From NCBI GenBank assembly GCA_028534125.1, contig CM052816.1, positions 41,232,001 to 41,296,000 of the forward strand: a DNA stretch of 64,000 nt, written 5' to 3'. A program made the position numbers and the translations under genes. The notes under the pieces are model-generated. The model was not told where the DNA came from and ran no database searches. It saw only the letters and a list, made by a program, of their open reading frames with translations. The DNA comes from Lama glama. Taxonomy: Eukaryota. Positions 26,300 to 37,330 of this stretch are shown here, piece by piece (within the stretch, counting starts at the first letter, position 1; each line of letters begins with the position of its first letter).

Positions 26300-26359
26300 C
26301 AATACTTACAGGTGTAGTTATTTTTAAGCCAATACTTATAGGTGTAGTTATTTTCAAAG
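26300..26359. repeat. 30-bp tandem duplication
   Basis: caatacttacaggtgtagttatttttaagc / caatacttataggtgtagttattttcaaag. Confidence 0.9.
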
Positions 26360-27272
26360 GTTTAAGAAGTTTAGGCATTTCTAGCTTACTTCGTAGATAT
26401 AAAATTATATTAAAAAATAAAAGCTTCCACTCAGTATATGTGTTTCTCCTGTAGATATCACAGCAAGTAGAGATTTTATTACCAAAAGAAAAGTAAGCAA
26501 TTGTTTATCTACATAAATTGTGGATCACCATTTACTGAGTTGATCTCCAGGGAAATTATCTGGTATTTGATATAGAAGATTCTTTGAAAGATTTAAGGTC
26601 AGCTTAACAAAAAATAAAATTAGAGATGAAGGAAAATGCCATACAGTGGGCAAAAGAGAACTTTTTGAAGGATATGCTGTTACATTCTGCATCATCATAA
26701 CCCCTTTCGGGGAGGCTGTGCCCCTGTTGTGAGTGTACAGTCAGACAAAGGCCAACAGTAAGTCTCGCTGCTCTGATGTTCCACTGGGGCTTAGAGAGCT
26801 GCACATAAAAAGATGAGCTACAAAGTTAAGAGATAGCAAAGTTCAAGGGGCTCACACTGAGAAGGTAGAGAAGCATTTTTGGAAGGAATTGTGTATTTTT
26901 ATTTTCACATAAGATTGTGCAAAATCTTGCAACAGCCTTACCCATTGTGCTTTTAGATGCTTTTGATTCACAAAAATGTTAGCCTAACAACTGACTGTAT
27001 CCTATACTACAGACTTTTTCCTCCTTGAAAAAACAGAAATAGATACAAATATACACCTATGTAAAAGTAAGCACAGGGGAAAAGGCATACGCTAATAGTA
27101 ACTAAGAATCTAAAGATACCTACAGACCATAAAAGCAAATTGTTAATGAAGAAAATAAGCACAAAAAACATAATATACTAAAAACAATTAACCAAAACCT
27201 TATACCAATAATCACTTTGGAATTAAGAAGCATTTTGATAAGTAAGATACTTAAGAAAGGGAAATATGTAAA

Positions 27273-27665
27273 TATTAGTCAGGGCTTTGGAGAGAAACAG
27301 AACCCGTAAGGAAAGTACATAAGGAACTGGCTCATGCAATTAAGGAAGTTGGCAAGTTCAAAATCTGCAAGGTGGTCTGGCAGGCTGGAGACTCAGGAAG
27401 AGCCTGTGTTGCAGTTCAAGTCCAATTTTGCTGGCAAAACTCCTTCCTGCTCATGACAGGTCAGTCTTTGTTCTACTAAGGCCTTCAACTGATTGGACGA
27501 GACCCACCCACAATATGGAAAGCAATCTGCTTTACTTAAAGTCTACTGATGTAAGTGTTTATCTCATCACCCCTCACACACACACACACACACACAAATA
27601 CTGAGTAGTCAGAGTAGTCTGATCAAATATCTGGGCACTCTGGCCCAACCAGGAGGATATAAAAA
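27273..27665 (-). mobile_element. ERVL solo LTR (MLT2-like) containing a (CA)n tract near 27575-27596
   Basis: tattagtcaggg..agagaaacagaacc, aaggaactggctcatgcaatt, caggctggagactcagg, ggccttcaactgattgga, aatctgctttacttaaagtctactgat, atatctgggcac. Confidence 0.88.
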
Positions 27666-29238
27666 CAAGTGTCTAATGGTTAATTTCAAGAGTAAGTTTA
27701 CACATTTCAGTTACATGTATCACATTTTTAAACAAGTGGTATGGTTGTGAAATAAAAAGGATACTAGAACTCACGTTTGTGTTGAAAATTAACTTTAAGA
27801 CTTTCTGTTGCTTCCTCATTTACATTGGAAAATAATTTGTTACTATTAAAATTTAAGTTGAGTATATACTGTTCCTTTTCTTTTTGAAGTTATCATTTCC
27901 AAGTAGCCTAACTTTGCCAGTAGGGATAAATTACTTACCTACATAAAAAATGAGACTGCTCAAATCCCTGTCACTGCAAGATGACATATTGTCATGATCT
28001 GTAAGGTCCTTCATCTGTCTAAAGTATGCAAGTGAATGTTAGAATTTGTTTGAACATTTTTCCAGTGACTTCAGATACATTTTTCAAGATATTTAGAATG
28101 TTATTGTAGCCCCAATTACTCGTTAACATTCATACTTTATTTTTACCCTTAGCAGCAGACTTCCTTAAACACCATCATTCATCATCTCTAAGTGTCTGAC
28201 ACTTTTCCTCATCAACACCTTGTGAGCGGTCAACTCTTACTATCACTCACATCTTCCTCAGAGTCTACACAGAAGACAGTCACGGTATCTTGAATATCAC
28301 CTTCTCAAGCCAGAACCTCACCTGCCTGTAGCCTTAGCACTTACCGCTTGAAATACGATGGAAATCTGAGAGATGTCTGCCTACCGGAGTTGCAAAGTAT
28401 ACTTTGGTTGCCCACCCGAAGAGTGATGGAAGTAAGAGTGTCTTTGAAGACTATTCCAGACTGATCCAACAGGAGACTATGGATTGAGTTATTTCTAGTC
28501 AGATTTAAACTTTCCTGACATTAAAGTGGATCATGGTCTATGTGGTGTGGCATCAAGGAGATGGAGAGATTCCAACTTATTTGTAAAGAAAGAAACAAGG
28601 GGATGGATTCAAGGGAGGAGAAGAGGGCAGAAGAGGATGGGGGAGGACAGAAGAGGAAAGCAAGCAGGGAGGGACAGAGGAGGGTTGGTCTGAAGAAAGA
28701 TGTTCTCTAGGGAATGCTACCTTGCCTGACAGCCACATTCTTTTAGCTTTTCCTGTTAAAATGAAACTCTCCATGGTGGAAAGTCTTATTTAGAACTACT
28801 TCTAAATGACAGGAAAGTTACAATTTTAAGACTGAATAGAGAAAGCTAATGGGTACTCACAGAAGTAGTGCTGAGGAGGAACAGTAGCAAACCAGAGAAC
28901 AGTGAAGGAAAATTGACCCATTTCACAACTGTGCTGAGACTAGGAAGACAATCCTGTCCACGCAGGTAGATTTCCACCCAAGTGACAGTTTGCACTAAAG
29001 AGTATTAGATAAATTCAGGATTGGAAGCATAGTTGACCCTGTGACAGGTTCCATTCAGGTTCAACCAGCTTAACTTAAAACATGAGACAAGGACATACTA
29101 AAGCGTAGGCCCAGTAAGTACTATCAGTAAATGGATAGAAATCACTTTCACATAAAGGTACTCTATTTAAAGTACATGTAAATGCCTCAGCAATGAATAA
29201 AATACAGATTTTAAAATGCTTCTAAATTTATAATAGCA

Positions 29239-29460
29239 GTACAGTGCACAGGTAAGGAAACAGTTTGGAATCAACCTGAATTTGAATTCTAGCTTCATCA
29301 CTTACTAACTGTGTGGACTTGGGCAAGTTATAAACCTCTTGTACCTCAGTACCTTCGTATGAAAGAGGCATGTATTAGAATTGAGGTGCAGATAAAGTAG
29401 CTCAAGTTTGTTCATGTGCTTAGTATGTGTCTGCTATTTGGTTAACCCTGTACAAATGCT
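29239..29460 (+). mobile_element. MIR
   Basis: tttgaattctagcttcatcacttactaactgtgtggacttgggcaagttataaacctcttgtacctcagt. Confidence 0.8.
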
Positions 29461-31500
29461 CAGTTTTTTTCACCGTTACATATCTTCTCCATTAATGAAT
29501 AGTAAAAGCACTACTACTATAAAATAAGATCCTAATTTTTTTAATGTTAAAAAGTCTTTGTTGGTCAAAGGATTATAAACCACTCTAGAGAGGAAATTTC
29601 AGACAAACACACACAAAATAGTGACAATTGTTGTGCATGTATAAGCAGTGCACATGTGCACACATATTCAAGTTTGTACTTAGTACATCTTCTACCCAAC
29701 CATTTTAAAATCATCTTTTGCTGTATTCAATATATGTTAGACTATCAAAGATAGGAACATAATTTCCCTTACTTTGAAACTGAACTCAAGTTACATGGCT
29801 GAGGCAAATTTAATTAACAGTTATATTCATGAAATTAATGTTTGAGCCTTTTGCTTCTGCAATTTCAAACACAGTCTCTTCTTTGTCTTAAAATGGAATA
29901 AAGAAAATCATTTTAATTTCTGTTCAAATCTTAAGTCTTCTCCCAGGATGCTTAAAGTGACTTCAAATAATAGATCTTGAGAGATCTGAGGGGAGATTCA
30001 CCAGTTATCTAGCCATTCTCATTTTTGTTTAAGTCCCCTTTCTGTCTGTCTCTCACTAGAAGGAGCGGAGGAAAATTAGGTTAAAACATGCCTGACTTCG
30101 TAAGACTTCATATGAGAATGTAATGAGAAGCATTTAAGATAAGAAAGTCTGGGTAAACGGCAAAGGCTTTTATATGATCTTCATTTAGAAGGAAGAGAAT
30201 TACAGTGGACCTGAAAAACGTGAAGCAGACGTCACTCAGTTTACATCCTGAATAGCAAGATGTCCTTGTTTAACAAAGGTAACTTACTTTACCAGAGAGA
30301 CATAGTAAATGTTATTCTAGACCACCTGGAGAACAAAAATAGTAAATGAGCATAATGACTAGTTAGATATATTCATGCGATCAGGCAATTATAAGCATAA
30401 CTACTGCTTTTTGATTTTTTTTTTTTAAGAACTGGACTGATTGCCACATAAAAACCATCCCTTCTTGAAAGAGTCCTTTCAATTCAAACATTAAAATTTG
30501 TCACAATTCCTCTTGCAGATGTCCAATATCTTATTTAAAATTCTGTACTGTCAATTTGGTGAGAGCACAAGGTATAAAAGGTCATTTTCCAAAGTAGTTT
30601 GCTAAGGTTACAGACAGTGACCTGGAAAGCACAAAGGCTCTTAAAAAATAAAGGTGAGAAGCATACTCATGTAACCATGTGCCAGTAACAGTTTGGGCTG
30701 CAACCCATTTGTCAAGGAAGTAACTCACATTTTCACCTCTGAGCATAGTACCTACTCTGAGCAGGCATTACTGTAGTCTGCTGCGCTCCCCCCCCCCCAC
30801 CTAGTGAAAGATAAAAATTATCATCCTGAAACGGAGAGAATTAAGACAGGCTGGTGAGAGAAACACTTTGGAGTAGGTGGGTCTTCTAATCCTTTGTGTA
30901 ATATCAGAGAAAACCTGGGCTGAGGCACACAGTCACCTTGAGAAGCCCTACCAATCAATGAAACTTCATGACCAAATTGCTTACCCTGTAAAATGAAAAC
31001 AAAGCAGCGCATGTGTTATTGCTAGGTCCATCTACCTAAATCTACTCACATGCCCAGCATACTTAAACTCCTTCAAGATAAAGTACAAATTCGTTAGCAT
31101 AGCACACAATTATGTATGTTCCTTTCCAGTCAGACTCCAATTACCATCAATTTATGAGAATAATAAACTGTCCACACCACCCTCTCTCCAAACACAAAGA
31201 CAAAAAGTTTACAAGGAAAAAGGGACTTTCCTAGCAAACCTGCATGGGTAAAAATGTACCAGGAATTGATAGACTTTATGTGAAATGTTTAGGAATAAGA
31301 TTTATCTGAAACAAAGACCCTGCCCTCAGGAGCTAAATTTTAAAAGCTCTTCCCTTTTCGCAAGCAAATTTTATTGTAATGAGTTATCTGACATAAATCA
31401 GAGAGCCTTATCTAAAAGCCAATGCAAATGATCACATATAGCGAGAAATGAAAGAAAATCCACGATTAAAAAAATCATTTCTACTGATATTAAAAGCCTA

Positions 31501-31700
31501 CACACTACCATATGTAAAACAGATAAACAATATGGATTTATTGTATAGCACATGGAACTATATTCAGTATCTTGTAACAGACTATAACGGAATAGAATCA
31601 AAAAGATGAATATAGATATATACATATATGTATATAACCAAATCCCCGTGTTGTACCCTGAAACTAACACAGTGCTGTAAATCAACTATTATTTAAATTT
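31501..31700 (+). mobile_element. Young 5'-truncated L1 3' end
   Basis: L1 3'UTR motifs (tgtatagcacatggaactatattcagtatcttgtaa, cctgaaactaacac, tgtaaatcaactat); perfect TSD taaaagccta (31491-31500 / 31701-31710). Confidence 0.92.
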
Positions 31701-32089
31701 TAAAAGCCTAAAAAATGTTACGTCACATCACTTAAGTGTTTAATATTAAATTAACATTTTGCTTTTATTTGCATAAAACCTATCAAAGGAACCTACCTAT
31801 CAAAGACAAGGATAACTTGTGCAATGAATGACCATTACTGGCAAACCAAATGTTAAGAAAACAAACACACAGAGAAGAGGATGCAAACAAAATTGTTATG
31901 TATCAGAGGTCAAGGGAATACTGGCCTAAGTGTGATACACGGTGACGTTTCTGTCTATAAAATCCATACTTTCATATTTTCCTGGCTTTCCACCAACTTC
32001 TCTCTGTACTCCTTAGCATCTTTTCACTGTACATTTACTGAACTGTTTCATCCTCTTCCTACTGCTCTCATATTCCATGACTCCAGCTC

Positions 32090-33095
32090 AAACTCCCAAA
32101 ACACATGTTCAAAGCTGAACTCTTTCTTGCGCATTCCCCATCCCAGAAAGCTATCATTTACCCAGCTGATCAAGACAAACTCAGGAGTTCAGCCTTGATT
32201 CTTTCACCTTCCTCTCCAGACAGGCCAATTACCCAGTCGGCTCCACTTTAGTGTCTTTCAACACACCATCTCTCCAGCCTCAATGCAACTCTTCCAGTGA
32301 AGTCTTCACTACTGGACAACAGTCTCACAATTACCATCTCTCACTCCGGGAATGCCTTTCTCCATTTATCATACTGCTGCTAGGTCCGTCTATCTAAAAT
32401 GCAAATAATTATCTTGATTGTTGTGATGGTTTCACAAGGGTGGGTGTGCACATCTGTGCATGTCAAAACTTAAGAAGAGTACGTATTTTAAATGTGTGCA
32501 GTGTAGTACATGTCAGATATATCTCAATAAAGCTGTGACCAAAAAAATCTGGTCATGTCTCTTGCATCTCTAAAATCCTACAAGATGAAGTCCAAATCCA
32601 TTACATGGCACACAGAGCCCTTCATAAGAGATCCCAGTTAACCTCTCGACCCTCATATCTCTTGCCACTGTCCTTACGTTCTGTCTGCACCAGCAATACA
32701 GAAACACTTTAATTCCACACTGTGATATTTCTCTTTCTATTCTTTTCTCCCTCTCTCCCCCAAACATTTTTAGATGCTTCTCCTTCTACCGGGACATATT
32801 TACCATCCCCCGTTCCTCTGCCTCACTCACTACTTCTTTTTCAGGACTTGGTTTAGGCATTGTCTCCTTCAGAAAGGTTTCTCTGTCCTAGCGATGTGGT
32901 TGGTGCTCCTCCCACCTGCTCCCAAAGCTCCCCAGGCACATCGATCAATAATAAACCACAGACTGTTTGCTTTGCTCTCTCCTCACGAGACCTTCAGCTC
33001 CTTGGCAGGGAGTGAGTGCTAGTCGTCCTAGAATCAATTCCCAATATGTACGTGACACATAGCAGACATACTTCTTGTTAAACTGATGTGCTACA
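32090..33095 (+). mobile_element. L2 fragment interrupted by an old L1 3' end (about 32405-32545)
   Basis: L2 motifs tctaaaatgcaaat | ctggtcatgtc, ccttcagctccttggcaggga, ttcttgttaaactgatg. The insert has tatcttgattgttgtgatggtttcaca...atatctcaataaagctgt plus an A tail. Confidence 0.7.
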
Positions 33096-35364
33096 AACTG
33101 ATTTATGGAATTAATTTGCACTAAGTAAAAGGAAAAACTGTGACTCTGCATTCAAGTCATTAATTGCACTTAGTTCCTAAGAGGCATATAAACTATAGGC
33201 CAAAGAAGGGACCAAGGATGATACTAGAAACAGTCCATAAATCATGCAAGGGACTGAGAAAAGGCTGACCCTGCCTCATAGGTATAAAGGTCACAGCAGT
33301 GGTATTCACATGTATGTACTCATGCTCAGATTCCTTGTATCCCACCTATTTCCTCTCTGTCTGCCTCCAGGAATATTGTGGGACTAGATAAGCCTTCTAA
33401 GCCCCACCTGGAGTGCTTGTCTATACACATGCTGTAGGCTGTCTCCAGGGCTACGTTTACACGGATGGGACAAAGGAAGAACACTGTGTGTGTGAGTGCC
33501 TACCTGGCTTCTTCTAAAACCAACCAACCTAACCCAATGTATCTCTAAATATTCCTAAGCAAATTCAGCAACCAAAAAGACTTGGTTCTAACTTACAATA
33601 AATGAGTATTGAAATGAAAGAATCACTGTTCTGACAAAATACAGTATTCCTCATTGCATTTCCCTTATAAGGAATGCCATATAAATGGAGATACCTTCTT
33701 GGCTGACTCTTCTATAGATTTGGTGTGATGAATTTAGAGTGCTAGGCAATGACACAGCAAAGAAGCAAAGTATCTCAAAGACATTCAAAGCGCTAAAAAG
33801 CACTACAATATTCAGTAATTCATGAATACAGACCTGCACTTACTGCCTTCCTCAGCCAAAGTTTAAATTCCATCTTATGGGGGATTTTTTTTTTCTTTAA
33901 GAACCATTTCGAATTCTATAATTAAAGAGTAATATAAGTTCCTTTTTAGCTCTTCTTTTAAAAAAAGTGAGAAACTAGTATTGTTTAGTTTTATTAGTAT
34001 GTAGGCATGTAATTTTCTTCCAATGATAACACACTTACGAAGAAACATGTATCAAATTTCAGAATACTTTTTATTAAAAGGAAATCAAAGAAATTATCAA
34101 TTGGTCATTTACTAAAAATGAGATTCTCCACGTTCAATAATAAAAGGTTACGTAGAGTATGTTTTATGTAGCCCCTGTCAGTCACGAATTCTAGGCATTT
34201 TACCAACTTCCAAAAAAAAAGTTCTGGAATCATACCACAACTACAACGTCTAATGCCATTGCACTGCTGCTTCTATTAAGACATTTTATAGCTATCATAA
34301 CTTGGTCATGGTACAAAGCCCTTAGTCTGTCATATATATGCTTATAAGACAATGTAAATTCTATAACATAAGTTAGGAGATTTAAGAGAATTCTGCAAGT
34401 CTGTTAACAGTCCACACATCATTCCAACTCTAAAATATGTATTATAATTTCTTCAATACCTGCAACCTCATCCTTTTTGTAATTCAGTGATATAACTCTT
34501 GTGCAGGGAAATTCAAATAAAAGACAGTAGAAGATAGTACATAGTAAACTTATTACATACATGTAGAAGACAACTATTAAACTGATAGTTTTTTTTGCAT
34601 GCATAGATTAATAAATGTGGTATTTATTTCCCATAGATTTTATTTCTGCTATTCTATACTATTTAAATGTGATATTCAATACCATATTCACTGGCAGGAT
34701 TCTCTGCTTTAAAGATTTTAACCTTGTTCTAGCTTCCTGAAAGCCATATCTATGTCAGTTCTTTCAAACCTCAGCTGGGGAGCTCCTTGCCCTTGAACTC
34801 CCGACAGAGAACCCCACACAAGGAATTAGAAGGTATTACATAGACTGTTTTTAGCCCTGCCAAACCATGGAGCACTTTCAACATGGACCAAGCAATGTAG
34901 CACACGTTCAGAATACAGAAAAGTCAGTTGCGACCGCTATAAAGAGAGAAGAGTATTCTGGGGGAAACGATAAATCTCAATAAATGATAATTAAATGAAT
35001 TTACTAATCAATTAAGTGTAATGTGGTTAAGTTCGGGAATACAGAAATGAGTAAGATTCATTATCAGCATAGGGGAGAAAATAAACTCCACACAGATGTG
35101 GTGGTCAGTTAGCGAGTTGTGGGACTGAATATTGTAGAACGCTTGATTAGGAGTATCAAAGAAAATAGAGGAAAAAATTAGCATACATGAGATAAAAACG
35201 CAGTACATGGTATATCTAAAAATCCTCAAAGAATTTGATCCTGCTGGAGCTCAGGATTTAAGGTAGGACTTTTAATTGTATGAAGGTTAGATCGAGATAA
35301 AGTCAGAACAGGTAGTGTTGAATTGTTTCAATGCAATTAAATCCGATGGGACAAGAGTAAGGGT

Positions 35365-35535
35365 GAGTACTGTCTGAGAACTCACTCCTTGCCAGGGACC
35401 GTGTTAGTTTTGTTACACACATACTATCTCTTTATCTTTGTGACCTCATTTCATTTCATTGGACAGATGAAAAGATTAAAGCCCAGAAACATTAAACAAC
35501 TTCTCCAAGGCCATATAATCCAAAGGTAGCAGAGT
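35365..35535 (-). mobile_element. MIR
   Basis: cattggacagatgaaaag..aagcccagaaacattaaacaacttctccaaggccata. Confidence 0.65.
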
Positions 35536-35616
35536 TTTTCCCTCCACTTCAGAGGATTTTGAAATATGGATTAGTTAGAGCCAAAGTAAACCAGGGATCA
35601 ATACCTGATTTCAGAG

Positions 35617-35782
35617 CAGAGGTTCTGAACCAGTAGCATCAGCATTGCTTAAAAACATTCTAAAAATGCAAATTCTCAGACCCATCCCTGACCTACTCAA
35701 TCTAAGTAGAGGGGTGGAGCTCAACAAGCTGTTTGAACAAGTGCAGGTGATTCTGATGCCCACTACAGTCTGAGAATACTCA
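35617..35782. mobile_element. hAT-Charlie MITE (MER5A-like)
   Basis: cagaggttctgaac...cagtagcatcagcat...aaatgcaaattctcagacccatccc..acctact...caggtgattctgatgc..agtctgagaatact. Confidence 0.8.
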
Positions 35783-35934
35783 ACTGCAGGGAAAGTGAAG
35801 GCATTACAGGGAAACCCTGAAATTGTTTTCAGCCCAGTGTTCACCACTGCTGTCTTTTATACTAGGTACGCCTTAAGGGCATCACCTGTGGCACTGTCTT
35901 ATGGAGGGCAGGGAAAAAAGGATTCCCACAGAAT

Positions 35935-36090
35935 GGGGCTTCCCAGATGAATGTGCAAATGAACCGCCTGAAGGTTTATTAACATGCAGATTTCAGTGGA
36001 GTAGACCCAGCAAGAGATCTCAGAATCTAACAAGGTCCTCAGTAACTACGGTACTGCAATCCAGAGGACTACCCTGTCAACAGCAAGGCC
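35935..36090. mobile_element. Degenerate MER5-like MITE
   Basis: gaaccgcctgaaggtttattaacatgcagatttcagtggagt...tctaacaaggtcctcagtaa. Confidence 0.45.
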
Positions 36091-37149
36091 AGAGGACACG
36101 ACAGATACTATGGTCTGGACACAGATTTCTAAGTTTTACAAATCAGCAGAATGCTTCAGTGAGCCACACCAGAAAATCCCAAAAAGCCCCACCCAGAGAA
36201 TTGAAATGTTAGAAAAACACTTGCATAGGATTGCCCTTAAAACATCCCTGAAGAAATGTCTTTACTTTATGTATTTATTTTTTTTTTAGAGACTTCAAGG
36301 AAGAAATTTCCTGCAAACCCTAAGCCACACATTTCTGAATCTGCAAGCTTCCTTCTAACGCCAAGTCCTCTGGTTACAACTGAAGCACAATCTCTTGCTC
36401 CAGTCTCGATGGAGATGAACAACAGCTGACTCTAGGCTACTTAAAATATGTCCCTTCAATCAAAGTTGACCTAAGTCACAATTAATTTAGACTTTGCACC
36501 TTGACAGGCAAAGCTAATTATTTTGTTTGATTGCCTGGGAGAATGACAGATGACTTATCACGATATCTGACCACAAGCAGCTCAGAACAACTTAGGTCTT
36601 TTGAAGGCCTAATCACTGCTTCCTCAAAAATCCGAAGCAACCAAAAATTAAACAAACCAAACATACAGCTTAGAGTTTTGAGATTTAAAAGGGGCTGTAT
36701 GACAAACATTCAAACATGTCTCCTCTATGGCATCTACTGCTTTGTTAACTTTCCAGCTCAAATCTAACGGCACCACTTACCACTTTGCTACAAAATGCAA
36801 TAGCTTTCCACCAAAAAAAATGGGGGGAAACTGCAGTAAAATTGTTACCTGTTATTTGTGCATGCACAAATTCTAGAGGCTTTCATTGCAGTCCCCCTTG
36901 CCAGCATGCAAGTGGTTTCTGATAAAGGAAGCAGGATAACATTTCCTCAGTGGATGTGGGTACTCACAAGTGTTTCTTTTTTAAGTTTTGCTTGTATTTA
37001 GTATCTTCTGGCTACTTGGACTATCTTTGTTTCAATAGATTTCAACAGATGTTTAGCAAAATAGTACAGCAGGGACTCTGGATAAAGCCAAGACAGATGA
37101 AAACACAGCCCCGCCCTTAAGAAAACCGAGGAGTGCGAGAAGCAGCAGA

Positions 37150-37330
37150 GGGCAGCGGTTGAGGGTAGCTTCCAGAGACATGCCTGGGCTCAAATGCCAT
37201 CGTTTGCCACTTTAGCTTTCTGGGCAGGTTCCATCACCCTCTTTCTCGATTTCCCCATCTATTTAAAAAGTATGGGGTAAGGCAAAGATAGTATCTTTTC
37301 ATGGTGGAATGATGACGATTAGTTAGTATT
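37150..37330 (+). mobile_element. MIR
   Basis: gcctgggctcaaatgcc..gccacttttagct..ctgggcaggt..tttccccatctatttaa. Confidence 0.65.

Noticed and set aside
34713..34936. Minus-strand exon-like segment after a strong acceptor (ctcttctctctttatAG)
   Set aside because: Stops occur in all frames and the donor (GTTAAA) is weak.
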